A DNA stretch of 64,000 nt from Candidatus Bathyarchaeota archaeon (GCA_018396535.1 JAGTQC010000001.1:64001-128000); one strand, 5' to 3'. Shown: positions 29,444 to 40,298, numbered from the stretch's first letter. A program made the numbers and translations. Notes: a model not told the origin generated them from the letters alone.

Positions 29444-30952
29444 ATTTTATCGGAGGCGCCTAGGAATACTTTAAGATTTCTAGATACCACACTTAGGGAT
29501 GGTGAACAGACCCCTGGCATTTCGTTAAAACCGGAGGAGAAGCTTAAAATAGCATTAGCTCTAGACGAACTTAACATAGATGTCATAGAAGTCGGTTTTC
29601 CGGCTGCATCTGAAGGTGAATTTTTAGCGGCTAAGATGATAGCTAATCAAGGGTTGAAAGCTGAAGTATGCGGTATGAGTAGAGGTGTTTTCGCAGATAT
29701 AGAATGCGTAGCTAAGAGTGGATGTAGAAGTATCCATCTAGTAATACCTTCATCCGATCTTCATATCAAGTATAAGCTCGGTAAATATAGGGAAGAAATC
29801 TTATCTATGGTTGAAAAGTGTGTTGAATACGCTAAAAGCTATGGTTTAACAGTCGAGTTATCGGCTGAGGATGGTAGTAGAAGCGATATAGCATTCTTAG
29901 AAGAATTCTTTAGAAGGGGTATCGAGGTTGGAGCTGATAGATTGTGTATATGCGATACAGTCGGTATACTAACGCCTAATAAGGCGTATAAACTATTCGC
30001 GAATATCGCTAACAAATTCTCAGGGAAAATTATAAGTGCACATTGTCATGATGATTTTGGTTTAGCTGTTGCTAATAGTATAGCTGCTGTAGAAGCTGGT
30101 GCTAGACAGGTTCATGTAACTGTTAACGGTCTAGGTGAGAGAGCTGGAAATGCTGCATTAGAAGAAGTAGCGGTAGCATTAAAAATACTATACGGATACG
30201 ATGTAAAACTGAACCTAGCTAAGATATATGAAGTATCACAGCTTGTATCTAGGATTACCGGCGTCTACGTTCAACCGAATAAAGCTATAGTAGGAGATAA
30301 TGCATTCACACATGAATCTGGGATACATACACACGGCATACTTAGAAATCCATTGACCTACGAACCTATACCGCCAGAACTGGTAGGTAGACGTAGAAGA
30401 CTAGTAGCAGGTAAACATGCAGGTAGACATGGGGTAGAAGCTATACTGAAAGATATGGGATTAAACCCGACTACAGAGCAGGTTGAGGAAATATTCCGTA
30501 GAGTTAAGGCTATGGGTGATAAGGGTAGAAAGATTACAGATGTTGATCTAAGAGTTATAGCTGAGAACGTTATGGGCATACCTAGAGCTAGGTTTGTAGC
30601 ATTAGAGGAATTAGTAGTAGTTACAGGCGATAAGATTACACCCACAGCATCGGTGAAGCTTAGGTTTAAGGATAAGATTGTGCAAGCCGCAGCCGTAGGT
30701 GTAGGACCCGTAGACGCTGCTATGAATGCAGCTAAAGCTGCTTTAAACCTTCTAGAACCTATAAAATTGGATAAATATGATGTTAAAGCTATAAGCGGTG
30801 GAACAGACGCTATAGTCGAGGTATCAGTCGTACTCAGTAAAGGTGATAGAACTGTTACATCGCATAGTGCTCGTGAAGATATCGTTCTAGCTAGTATAGA
30901 AGCTCTATTGGAGGGGGTTAACCTCTTACTCGGAGGTTCTAATGATGGTTAG
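29444..30952 (+). CDS. cimA: (R)-citramalate synthase CimA (LeuA family); non-canonical start inferred
   Basis: The frame is open from 29399 and holds FLDTTLRDGEQTPG upstream of the track's ATG (29636). HLVIPSSDLHIKYKL, ELSAEDG and CDTVGILTP resemble archaeal CimA. Confidence 0.8.
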   Translation: MLSEAPRNTLRFLDTTLRDGEQTPGISLKPEEKLKIALALDELNIDVIEVGFPAASEGEFLAAKMIANQGLKAEVCGMSRGVFADIECVAKSGCRSIHLVIPSSDLHIKYKLGKYREEILSMVEKCVEYAKSYGLTVELSAEDGSRSDIAFLEEFFRRGIEVGADRLCICDTVGILTPNKAYKLFANIANKFSGKIISAHCHDDFGLAVANSIAAVEAGARQVHVTVNGLGERAGNAALEEVAVALKILYGYDVKLNLAKIYEVSQLVSRITGVYVQPNKAIVGDNAFTHESGIHTHGILRNPLTYEPIPPELVGRRRRLVAGKHAGRHGVEAILKDMGLNPTTEQVEEIFRRVKAMGDKGRKITDVDLRVIAENVMGIPRARFVALEELVVVTGDKITPTASVKLRFKDKIVQAAAVGVGPVDAAMNAAKAALNLLEPIKLDKYDVKAISGGTDAIVEVSVVLSKGDRTVTSHSAREDIVLASIEALLEGVNLLLGGSNDG

Positions 30953-32645
30953 GATGACTGGTGCTAAAGCTCTAATAGAATCTTTGAAGAAGGAGGGAGT
31001 GAGAGTAGTATTCGGTCTACCTGGAGGAGCTATACTACCAGTCTACGATGCACTCTACGACGAGACAGAATTAAGACATATACTTGTTAGGCATGAGCAG
31101 TGTGCAGCTCACATGGCTGACGGGTATGCTAGAGCTAGTGGCAGGGTAGGCGTCTGCATGGCTACTTCAGGTCCAGGTGCAACCAATCTGACGACAGGAG
31201 TAGCTACAGCATACATGGATTCATCTCCTATCGTAGCTATCACAGGGCAGGTTCCCACAATCATGATAGGTAGAGATGCATTTCAGGAAGCGGATATAGT
31301 TGGTATAATGACGCCGATAACGAAGCATTGCTTCCAACCTAGAGATGCTAAGGAAATACCTAGAATTGTTAAGGAAGCCTTCTACATAGCTTCAACAGGT
31401 AGACCTGGACCTGTACTTATAGATCTACCCAGGGATGTTCAACAAATGGAGGCAGATATAGAGTTTCCTGAAGATGTGAAACTCCTAGGATATAACCCTA
31501 AGCTTGAGCCTCACCCATTGCAGATTAAGAAGGCAGCTAAGCTACTAGTAGAGGCTGAAAAACCATTCATTCTAGCTGGGGGAGGTGTAAGATTATCCGG
31601 AGCTTATATGGAGCTTGTAGCTTTAGCAGAACTACTACAAGCACCTATAGGTACGACGCTTATGGGTAAAGGCGTCGTACCAGAAGATCATCCACTATGT
31701 GTAGGTGGGGTAGGGATGCATGGAGGGGTAGCGAATAAGATTATATGCGAAGCAGATGTTATACTAGCTATAGGCGTTAGATTCTCTGATAGAACTACAG
31801 GAAGGTTCGATAGCTTCTGTCCTGAAGCTAAGATAATACATATAGATATAGATTCAGCCGAGATCAACAAGAATATTCGAGCTCACATACCTATAGTAGC
31901 TGACGCTAGGAGGGCTCTTAAAGCATTGTACGATGAGATAATAAACTTCGTAGCTAAATCTAACTTAAATAAAACTGGATGGATTAAGCGTGTAAATGAG
32001 GTTAAGGAATCGGCTAGGATCTACCTTGAGTGTGAAGGTGGAAGATTATCGGCTCCAGGAATCATACGTGAAATGCGCAAGCTGATGCCGCGTGAATCGA
32101 TACTCGTCACTGAAGTTGGACAAAATCAGATGTGGGCATACCTACACTTCCAAGTACTCATGCCTGGTGGATATATAACGTCTGGAGGCCTAGGGACTAT
32201 GGGGTTCGGATTCCCGGCATCCTTAGGAGCAAAGATAGCTAGACCAGATATACCTGTCGTAGATTTAGCTGGCGACGGAAGCTTCCTTATGACTGAGCAG
32301 GATTTAGCTACATCGATAGTTGAGGATATACCTGTAACCGTCGTGATATTAAATAACGGTGTATTAGGTATGGTAGCGCAATGGCAGAGATTATTCTATC
32401 ACAGGAGATATAGCCAAGTGCATCTAGGTAGGATACCTGATTTCGTTAAGCTAGCTGAAGCATACGGTGCAGAGGGTGTAAAAGTCGAAAATATAGATGA
32501 CTTTAGGGAAGCTTTCGCTAAAGCTTTGAAGAATGACGTAACAACGGTGATAGATGTACCTATAGATCCAGAGGAGGATGTACTACCTATGATACCTCCT
32601 GGAGGATCATTGAGAGATATGATGTGGAGGGGAAGAGTATCATGA
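30942..32645 (+). CDS. ilvB: acetolactate synthase large subunit
   Basis: FGLPGG, RHEQ, TSGPGATN, SGGLGTMGFG, GDGSF. Confidence 0.97.
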   Translation: MMVRMTGAKALIESLKKEGVRVVFGLPGGAILPVYDALYDETELRHILVRHEQCAAHMADGYARASGRVGVCMATSGPGATNLTTGVATAYMDSSPIVAITGQVPTIMIGRDAFQEADIVGIMTPITKHCFQPRDAKEIPRIVKEAFYIASTGRPGPVLIDLPRDVQQMEADIEFPEDVKLLGYNPKLEPHPLQIKKAAKLLVEAEKPFILAGGGVRLSGAYMELVALAELLQAPIGTTLMGKGVVPEDHPLCVGGVGMHGGVANKIICEADVILAIGVRFSDRTTGRFDSFCPEAKIIHIDIDSAEINKNIRAHIPIVADARRALKALYDEIINFVAKSNLNKTGWIKRVNEVKESARIYLECEGGRLSAPGIIREMRKLMPRESILVTEVGQNQMWAYLHFQVLMPGGYITSGGLGTMGFGFPASLGAKIARPDIPVVDLAGDGSFLMTEQDLATSIVEDIPVTVVILNNGVLGMVAQWQRLFYHRRYSQVHLGRIPDFVKLAEAYGAEGVKVENIDDFREAFAKALKNDVTTVIDVPIDPEEDVLPMIPPGGSLRDMMWRGRVS

Positions 32646-33145
32646 ACGAAACGAATGAGCATATAATAGCGGCGATAGTAGAGCATAAACCCGGGGTCCT
32701 ATTTAAGATAACTAACCTCATAAGGCGTAGAGGATTCAACATATCCAGCATATCTGTAGGCTCTACTGAGAATCCTAGTCTAGCTAGGATTACGATGACC
32801 GTAACAGGTGATGAAGCAACGATAGAGCAGGTTATTAAACAGTTGCAGAAAATAATCGAAGTAGTTAAAATATCTAGACTTAATCCATCTGAAAGCGTGA
32901 TTAGGGAGTTACTCTTGATCAAAGTCCATGTAGCCGATTCCAGAGCGAGAAGCGATATACTAATCTATACTCAGATATTCCGTGGTAGGATAATAGATGT
33001 AGCTCCGGATAGCATGATAATAGAGGTTACCGGAGGATCGAATAAGATAAACGCGTTTATAGAGCTTATGAAGCAATACGGGGTGAAGGAAATAGCAAGG
33101 ACAGGTATAACCGCTCTAGCTAGGGGTGAAAAGAGCCTGAAATAA
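32642..33145 (+). CDS. ilvN: acetolactate synthase small subunit
   Basis: ACT domain PGVL..RRRGFNISS, EIARTG; ATGA overlap with ilvB. Confidence 0.95.
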   Translation: MNETNEHIIAAIVEHKPGVLFKITNLIRRRGFNISSISVGSTENPSLARITMTVTGDEATIEQVIKQLQKIIEVVKISRLNPSESVIRELLLIKVHVADSRARSDILIYTQIFRGRIIDVAPDSMIIEVTGGSNKINAFIELMKQYGVKEIARTGITALARGEKSLK

Positions 33146-33202
33146 CTGCTCAAATACATAAAATATCTTTATCTTATAGGCGATGATATATTCGAGCGGA
33201 GG

Positions 33203-34135
33203 GTGCGGTATATGTTCTATACATCGATCTATGCTAAGGATGTAGAGTTAGTTTCAAAGTTTCCATGGAAGATCGGTATAGTTGGATTTATGGTATATCC
33301 AGAGCTTCAAAGGACTAATACAGGTGTGGCTGAGAAGTTAAAGTCTATACTGGATGATAGGTTTTTCGACCTTATAGAACTCTACGACGTAAGCGATGAA
33401 GATTGGGAGATACTGGAGAAGTATAGATATAGAGTCGATTTCTCAATAGGTGTTCAACCAGATATTCTTGCTAAGGGGGTTAACCCATCTTCGCTAGATG
33501 AATCTGAGAGAATTAAAGCTATCGAAGTCTTGAAGAATAAGATTAGAATAGCCGGTGAGAGGGGGATAAGATATCTAGCCTTATGCTCGGGACCATTCCC
33601 CGATAGTAATCTAGTTGAGAAAGCGAAGAAGGCTTTAGTTAATACTCTAGTAGAGCTTGCTTCCCATGCATCAAAGTATGGTGTAACGATACTACTGGAG
33701 AGTTTCGATACAAAATGGGATAGAAAGAGGTTAATAGGAAGCTTGGCTGATGCATCCGAGATTTTAGAGAAGGTTAAAGCTAGATATAATAACGTAGCTC
33801 TATTATGGGATTTAAGTCATGGCCCACTTCTCGATGAAAAACCTGAAATGTTGAGTAAGTATCGAGATCTAATAGGACATATCCATATAGGATGTGCTAA
33901 AAGTATCGATGGAAAGCTTCTTGATACACATCCAGGCTTCTATAGACCTGGAGCTATAAACGACGAAAGAGATGTAGCTAGGCTACTAGAAATCCTATAC
34001 GATATAGAGTATAAAGGAGCCATAAGTTTCGAAGTTAGACCAGAGGAAGGACAGGATCCGAGAGAGGTTTTAGCTACAGCTAAATCCGTATTGGTTAGAG
34101 CGTATCAAATATTCCTAGAGAGAAGACTTAGCTGA
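33203..34135 (+). CDS. sugar-phosphate isomerase/epimerase (xylose-isomerase-like TIM barrel)
   Basis: LLESFD, WDLSH, HIHIG, D.HP and FEV metal-binding motifs. Confidence 0.8.
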   Translation: MRYMFYTSIYAKDVELVSKFPWKIGIVGFMVYPELQRTNTGVAEKLKSILDDRFFDLIELYDVSDEDWEILEKYRYRVDFSIGVQPDILAKGVNPSSLDESERIKAIEVLKNKIRIAGERGIRYLALCSGPFPDSNLVEKAKKALVNTLVELASHASKYGVTILLESFDTKWDRKRLIGSLADASEILEKVKARYNNVALLWDLSHGPLLDEKPEMLSKYRDLIGHIHIGCAKSIDGKLLDTHPGFYRPGAINDERDVARLLEILYDIEYKGAISFEVRPEEGQDPREVLATAKSVLVRAYQIFLERRLS

Positions 34136-34147
34136 GATGATGATTCT

Positions 34148-35137
34148 ATGCTAAAGATATATCGAGATGAGGATGTATCGCTAGAACCGCTTAAAGATGA
34201 GTTAATAGCTGTTATAGGCTATGGGAGCCAAGGAAGAGCACAAGCACTAAACTTTAGGGATAGCGGATTAAACGTTATAGTTGGCGTTAGATTTGGAGGA
34301 GAATCCTGGAAATTAGCTTCTAGCGATGGGTTTGATGTATATCCAATAGATGAGGCATGCGAAAAAGCAGATGTGATACATATACTTATACCAGATATGG
34401 TTCAGCCTGAAGTATATAGTAAGTATATAGAAGCTAAGCTTAAACCTGGTAAGACCCTAGGATTTGCTCACGGATTTAATATACACTTCAAGCAGATAAT
34501 TCCACCAGGATGTGTGGATGTGATTATGGTTGCACCTAAAGCTCCTGGACCTAAAGTCCGCGAACTATATCTTAAAGGATTCGGTGTACCTGCACTAGTG
34601 GCGGTACACCAAGATTATACTGGGTTTGCTTTGGATAAAGCTCTAGCTATGGCTAAAGCTTTAGGGTGCACTAGAGCTGGCGTCATAGAGACGACTTTTA
34701 AAGATGAAACTGAAAGCGACCTTATAGGGGAGCAGACAGTCCTAGTGGGAGGTATATTAGAGCTTATAAAAAATGGTTTTGAAGCACTAGTCGAAGCAGG
34801 GTATCCAGAAGAGTTAGCGTATTTTGAAGCGTGTAACGAAGCTAAACTTATAGTCGATCTGATATATGAAGGAGGGTTTACGAAGATGCTTAGAAGCGTA
34901 TCAGATACAGCTAAGCATGGTGGTTTAACAGTTGGACCTAGGATCATAGATCAACATGTCAAGGAGAATATGCGTAAAGCTATTGAATACGTGAAAAGTG
35001 GAAGATATGCTGAGGAGTGGATTAAAGAGTATAAGGCAGGTATGCCAAACCTTAAAGCTCTTCTATCGAAGATAGAGAACCATCCTATAGAAATTATAGG
35101 AAGAAGACTACGTAAACTATCAGGCCTAGAAGAGTAG
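34148..35137 (+). CDS. ilvC: ketol-acid reductoisomerase
   Basis: [36 protein letters not shown]. Confidence 0.97.
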   Translation: MLKIYRDEDVSLEPLKDELIAVIGYGSQGRAQALNFRDSGLNVIVGVRFGGESWKLASSDGFDVYPIDEACEKADVIHILIPDMVQPEVYSKYIEAKLKPGKTLGFAHGFNIHFKQIIPPGCVDVIMVAPKAPGPKVRELYLKGFGVPALVAVHQDYTGFALDKALAMAKALGCTRAGVIETTFKDETESDLIGEQTVLVGGILELIKNGFEALVEAGYPEELAYFEACNEAKLIVDLIYEGGFTKMLRSVSDTAKHGGLTVGPRIIDQHVKENMRKAIEYVKSGRYAEEWIKEYKAGMPNLKALLSKIENHPIEIIGRRLRKLSGLEE

Positions 35138-35159
35138 AGGTAAACTTTTCCTCTCAATC

Positions 35160-35957
35160 TCAAGTTTTTATAGTTGAAAGCTTATCTAAAGCTTCTTTAA
35201 GTATACTCCAAGTCTTACCATCCATTAGACTTAGACGTCTAGCATACTCTATGAAGCTAACCCTACATTCACCATAATATGGGTTTAATTCCTGTATCTC
35301 CCTTATAACATCAAATATCCTTCCAAACCTTCTGAGCATCCTCAAAGTATATTTCAGTGACGCTGTAGAGTATTTCTCTATATCATCTGGTTTGGCATAT
35401 TCTACCAGCGTTAGAGCAAAAGCCATATAGGATAGATGGTGTATACACTGTATGATAGACATCATTTTGTCATGCTCATCTACAGTTGAGAGTATAACCT
35501 CTAACCCAGTATCCTTTAATAACGATACAAATTTGCTAAGGGATTCATTAGAGCATCTAGCAGGTATAACTACGATCTTAAGCTTCGATATCTTCCTAAC
35601 CGATGGACCAAATAGAGGATGAAGGCTTACATACTCTATACCCTTCGGTAGAATCTTAGAGACTTCTGGTACGACATAAGTTTTCACAGAAGATATATCT
35701 GAAATTATAGACCCAATCTTCAACCAGCTGGATAGCTTAGATATCGTATCTACAACAAACATAGACGGAACAGTAACTATGCATATATCTGCATACGCTG
35801 TAGAGTCGTACCCACCCCAATCGACACCTATACGTCTAGCTACAAGCTTAGCTCTATCTAAATCTCTACTAACTAAGATAATCCTGGATACATATGGTTT
35901 AAGTAGCCGGGATAGGAGACGCCCCATCCCGCCTGAACCTACTACAGCTACAGTTAA
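35160..35957 (-). CDS. tyrA: prephenate dehydrogenase; non-canonical start inferred
   Basis: Rossmann TVAVVGSGGMG extends upstream of the track ATG; DISSVK, HPLFGP, EHDKMM. Confidence 0.85.
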   Translation of the reverse strand, partial: LTVAVVGSGGMGRLLSRLLKPYVSRIILVSRDLDRAKLVARRIGVDWGGYDSTAYADICIVTVPSMFVVDTISKLSSWLKIGSIISDISSVKTYVVPEVSKILPKGIEYVSLHPLFGPSVRKISKLKIVVIPARCSNESLSKFVSLLKDTGLEVILSTVDEHDKMMSIIQCIHHLSYMAFALTLVEYAKPDDIEKYSTASLKYTLRMLRRFGRIFDVIREIQELNPYYGECRVSFIEYARRLSLMDGKTWSILKEALDKLSTIKT

Positions 35958-37030
35958 GTTACCTTCCTGTATGAACCTAGAATTTTCACGAATAACGCTC
36001 TCCCCCTTAAATCTTCTATAGCTTCCTTACAAGCATCATCATCTCTATGACCTTCGAAATCTACGTAAAACATATATTCCCAAGGTCTACCCTTAATCGG
36101 GCGGGACTCTATCTTAGTCAAATTTATACCTCTCTCCGCGAACACACTTAGAGCTTTATATAAAGCACCAGGTTTATGATGCGTAGAGAATATTATTGAA
36201 GTTTTACACCCATCCATCCTAGGAGAATCTTCCCACCCTAAGAGAAAGAATCTCGTGTAATTATCTCGATAATCTTCTATACCTTTAGCTATTATCTCAC
36301 CTCCATACAATCTAGCTGCAAGTTCTGAACCTATAGCAGCCATGTACTCACTTTCTAACGCCATCTTAACGGCTCGACTTGTACTCGTAGCTTCACGTAT
36401 CTCCACACCTTTAAGAGCTCTTTCTATGAAATTCCTACACTGATTTATAGCTTGGGGATGACTTACAAGTATCTTAACATCTTCTATCTTAATTCCTGGT
36501 TTACCTATAAGGTTGAGTCGTATCCTATGCTCGAGCTCGCCGCATATCTTAAGCTTAGTTTCAAATAGTAGATCTAAAGTCTCGTTTACACCCCCTTCTA
36601 TAGAGTTCTCGATAGGGACTACACCATAATCTACCTCCCCTTCTTCGACTGCTCTAAATACATCCCTTATAGATGGGTATTCTTTAAATTCGATAGACTC
36701 CTCTAACGGGAAGAATCTTCTAGCAGCCTCCTCGCTGAAGCTACCTCTAGGTCCTAGAAATGCTACCTTTGGAGCATTTTGAGATGCACGACACAAATCT
36801 ATAATCCTACGATATATCGACAAAACAGTATCAGGGTTTAAACCAAGTTTTAAAGATTCTAACCTAACATTAGAGAGAACTTCCCATTCCCTAATTAAGT
36901 CAATGACAGGTAACCCCTCTCTACGCTTAATTTCACCTATGACTTTTGCTATAGAAGACCTTCTAGCTAGAAGCTCTACTATACGTTTATCTATCTTATC
37001 TATTTCTCTACGTAGCTCATCTATATTCAT
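35954..37030 (-). CDS. pheA: chorismate mutase/prephenate dehydratase
   Basis: LRREIDKID CM domain; FLGPRGSFSE, PIENSIEG, SHPQA, NYTRF, LTKIESRP. Confidence 0.96.
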   Translation of the reverse strand: MNIDELRREIDKIDKRIVELLARRSSIAKVIGEIKRREGLPVIDLIREWEVLSNVRLESLKLGLNPDTVLSIYRRIIDLCRASQNAPKVAFLGPRGSFSEEAARRFFPLEESIEFKEYPSIRDVFRAVEEGEVDYGVVPIENSIEGGVNETLDLLFETKLKICGELEHRIRLNLIGKPGIKIEDVKILVSHPQAINQCRNFIERALKGVEIREATSTSRAVKMALESEYMAAIGSELAARLYGGEIIAKGIEDYRDNYTRFFLLGWEDSPRMDGCKTSIIFSTHHKPGALYKALSVFAERGINLTKIESRPIKGRPWEYMFYVDFEGHRDDDACKEAIEDLRGRALFVKILGSYRKVT

Positions 37031-38123
37031 CCTTTATCACCGTCGGTATCAATCCTTGATTCACGCAGTGATCTGCTATTACGAAGGCTAAGCATGCTTC
37101 TACAACTGGAAGAGCTCTTATACCTATACATGGATCATATTTACCCCATGCTTCTAAATAATCATTTGTCATAGTTTTAAGGTTGATTGTTTCAACCCTC
37201 TTCCTTATGGTAGATGGGGGTTTAAAAGATACACGGACATGTATAGGGCTACCGGTAGATAATCCTCCGAGAACACCTCCACATTTATTGCTCTTTAGAT
37301 AAACTTTACCATCCGATATAACGTAAGGGTCTATGAACTCTGTCCCCTTCATAGAAGCTGCTTCAAATCCTAGACCGATACTTAAAGCTCTAACACCTGG
37401 TATAGCGAACATCATGGAGGCTATATCTACATCAAGTCCATGAAATATGGGATCGCCTAAACCCGGAGGTACATTGAAAGCGAAGACTTCAACCATACTA
37501 CCTATGCTATCACCTTCCTCTATCGAGTGCTTCAACACATCTTCCATACTTGGTATTAATTCAGGTATAGCGCATCTAACAGGGTTTTCATACACCTTAC
37601 GTAATTCATCTATGGTCGGAAGTCTATCAGAACATACACATCCTATCTGGCATACATGACCATAAACTTCTATACCTATTATTCTGAGAAGCTTTTTAGC
37701 TATAGCTCCAGCTATTACAAACGATATGGTAATTCTACCTGAGAATCTACCACCGCCTCTATAGTCGTTGAAGCCCCCGTATCTTACGTAAGCTGGATAA
37801 TCCGCATGACCAGGTCTGGGTTTAACTCTAAAAACCTCGTATGGCCTAGAATCTACATCTCTATTACTCACGATTACGCATATAGGCGCCCCAGTTGTAT
37901 AACCATCCAGAACGCCAGAGACGATCTTAGCTATATCCTGCTCAGTTCTACTAGTAGAGTATGGTGTGGAACCAGGTTTACGTTTATCAAGCTCCCTTTG
38001 TATATCATCTTCACTAAGTTTCAATCCAGCCGGACAACCGTCTATTACAGCTCCTATCAGTATACCATGACTCTCACCGAAGCATGTAAGTGTAAGCCGT
38101 CTACCGAAGCTATTAGCCGACAA
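37017..38123 (-). CDS. aroC: chorismate synthase
   Basis: FGESHG, RPGHAD, GGGRFSGR, GGVLGGLS. Confidence 0.96.
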   Translation of the reverse strand: MSANSFGRRLTLTCFGESHGILIGAVIDGCPAGLKLSEDDIQRELDKRKPGSTPYSTSRTEQDIAKIVSGVLDGYTTGAPICVIVSNRDVDSRPYEVFRVKPRPGHADYPAYVRYGGFNDYRGGGRFSGRITISFVIAGAIAKKLLRIIGIEVYGHVCQIGCVCSDRLPTIDELRKVYENPVRCAIPELIPSMEDVLKHSIEEGDSIGSMVEVFAFNVPPGLGDPIFHGLDVDIASMMFAIPGVRALSIGLGFEAASMKGTEFIDPYVISDGKVYLKSNKCGGVLGGLSTGSPIHVRVSFKPPSTIRKRVETINLKTMTNDYLEAWGKYDPCIGIRALPVVEACLAFVIADHCVNQGLIPTVIKDEYR

Positions 38124-39402
38124 TCTTGAACCTTCCTCCTATAGCTTCAAGATCTGCTAAAAACTTAGGGTAAGATTTAGATACTGATTCAAAGTTATCG
38201 ACTATAACTCCTCTACGACTACCTAAACCTATCACAGCTAAGGCCATAGCGATTCTATGATCTCTCCAAGAATATGCGTATCCTCCATCTACACTTCCAG
38301 ATCCATAGATGATTATCGAATCATCATCTACTTCGACTCTAACACCTATACGGATAAGTTCTGATACGATAGCTTTCAATCTATCTGACTCCTTAAACCT
38401 TAACCTTCTACAACCCTTAATCCTTGAGATACCCTTACAAAAACATGCTAGAGCTGCAAGTGGAGGAGCCAGATCAGGCGAATCCCTAATATCTATGTCG
38501 AATCCATTTAGAGGGCGGTTACCCTCTACCTCTACATAATCATCTCCAAAATGAATATTCACACCTAAACCTTCCACTATATCTACTATGCATCTATCTG
38601 GTTGTATATCATACTTAGTTAAACCATATATTCTAACCTTGGATGGAATAATGGAACACGCTACTATCATAAAAGATGAAGAGGAATAATCGCCTGGAAC
38701 TTTACATATCGTAGGTGTAATATATTCCTGTCCAGCTTCAACTCTGAAATAGCTATACCCATCACGATCGATTCTGATTCCAAAATCCCTTAATATGTTT
38801 AGCGTCATATCTACATAACCCTTAGATTCGAGTTCTCCCACAACTTCTAGTAAGGAATCTTTCCTCGCTTTAGGTAAAGCAAAGAGAAGCCCAGATACAT
38901 ATTGAGAACTTATACTACCGTCAATCCAGGTGGATCCACCAGGTATACCTCCACCGAATACGACTATAGGTGGAAGACCATTCATACGTGTAGAGTATAT
39001 CTCTACACCAAGTCTTCTCAATGCATCTAATAGAGGAGCCATCGGTCTCATCCTTAAGGATTCATCACCTGTTAACACCGTTATCCCTGATGCTAACGGT
39101 GCTATAGAGGATAGAAGACGTATAGCTGTAGCAGATCCGCCGCAATCTATGATATCACTAGGTGTTTCTAGATGACCTGAAGATGCTATCTTAAATAGGT
39201 ATTCATTTGACGATACCCTAGCTCCGAAGTTTTTACATGCCTTAACTGTTACGATTGTATCATCGCATATCGATGGATTCTCTATAATCGTATCACCGTT
39301 AGAAAGTAGTGATGCTATAAGATATCTGATCGTATAGGATTTCGACGGCTGGCTACGTATAGAGCCCTCTAATCTCTCGGTTGGTTCAAATAAAACCTTC
39401 AT
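38113..39402 (-). CDS. aroA: EPSP synthase
   Basis: SKSY, RPM, SSQYVSG, KESDR, DHRIAM, KSYP. Confidence 0.96.
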   Translation of the reverse strand: MKVLFEPTERLEGSIRSQPSKSYTIRYLIASLLSNGDTIIENPSICDDTIVTVKACKNFGARVSSNEYLFKIASSGHLETPSDIIDCGGSATAIRLLSSIAPLASGITVLTGDESLRMRPMAPLLDALRRLGVEIYSTRMNGLPPIVVFGGGIPGGSTWIDGSISSQYVSGLLFALPKARKDSLLEVVGELESKGYVDMTLNILRDFGIRIDRDGYSYFRVEAGQEYITPTICKVPGDYSSSSFMIVACSIIPSKVRIYGLTKYDIQPDRCIVDIVEGLGVNIHFGDDYVEVEGNRPLNGFDIDIRDSPDLAPPLAALACFCKGISRIKGCRRLRFKESDRLKAIVSELIRIGVRVEVDDDSIIIYGSGSVDGGYAYSWRDHRIAMALAVIGLGSRRGVIVDNFESVSKSYPKFLADLEAIGGRFKIVG

Positions 39403-39410
39403 AATACACT

Positions 39411-40298
39411 CTACTCCTCTCTACAACTGGATACATAACTATTGTTTATATCGACAATCCTAACTTCCCCATCTAGGTTAGACCATACGTCGACTACTCT
39501 ATCTACATCATCATCTTTCACAATTGCAGCTAACGCAGGCCCTTTTCCAGATGGAGAAGCAGCTAACGCTCCAACATTTAAAGCACCTAGCAGTGGATCT
39601 ATATCATAACCTAAAGCTAGAGAGACAGCTAGACCATTAAGATTCATAGCATCCATCCAGTATCCAGCTATAGAGAGACGCCAAGCCGATCTAAAAATAT
39701 TCTCGAACCGTTTAAAACGTGCTACATCTACCTCAGCTGTATAGCATTCGCTTTCAGGTATATGTAATACTACCTTCAACCTACCCCTAATTTTAGATCT
39801 ATGTATGATATCACGAGTAAGGTTATCGGTAATGGTTAATCCCCCAAGCATAGATGCTGATGCATCATCGAAAGCTCCTGTAATCGTAACCCCTGCTTTA
39901 ATAGATGCATTAACAGCCAAGTCTAGAGCAGTTCTTAGTTTATCGTTAAAGTTGGCGAAACGTAACCCCAGAGCTTCAATAGCTGCAAGCACGACAGCAT
40001 TCGAAGCTGCGCTACTACTTTTTAATCCCCTAGCTATAGGTATGCCGGATCTTATCTTAACCTTAGCTTTATATCCATTCCTTAATCCTACATAGCTAGC
40101 TACCTCTGAAAGACACGTTTCCACCAACTTTGTATCTTTCGGTTGGAAACCTTCGAATTCAATGCTAATTCCATCACCGGATTCTATCTCCACACATGCT
40201 TCGAGACGTAAATCTATACTTAAAGCCGCACCTAGACCTGTAGCTAAAGCGTTAACAATAGATATGGCGGCAAAAGTCGTTGCTCTGCCTTTACCCAT
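39411..40298 (-). CDS. aroK: archaeal shikimate kinase (GHMP family)
   Basis: ISIVNALATG.G, GLKSSSA, TITGAFDDA, SGKGP. Confidence 0.95.
   Translation of the reverse strand: MGKGRATTFAAISIVNALATGLGAALSIDLRLEACVEIESGDGISIEFEGFQPKDTKLVETCLSEVASYVGLRNGYKAKVKIRSGIPIARGLKSSSAASNAVVLAAIEALGLRFANFNDKLRTALDLAVNASIKAGVTITGAFDDASASMLGGLTITDNLTRDIIHRSKIRGRLKVVLHIPESECYTAEVDVARFKRFENIFRSAWRLSIAGYWMDAMNLNGLAVSLALGYDIDPLLGALNVGALAASPSGKGPALAAIVKDDDVDRVVDVWSNLDGEVRIVDINNSYVSSCREE

Noticed and set aside
29401-29586. 61-aa minus-strand ORF
   Set aside because: It is the antisense shadow of the true cimA N-terminus.
34137-34195. ATGATGA...ATGAGGA at the ilvC start
   Set aside because: It lacks CTGA D boxes and is explained by coding sequence.
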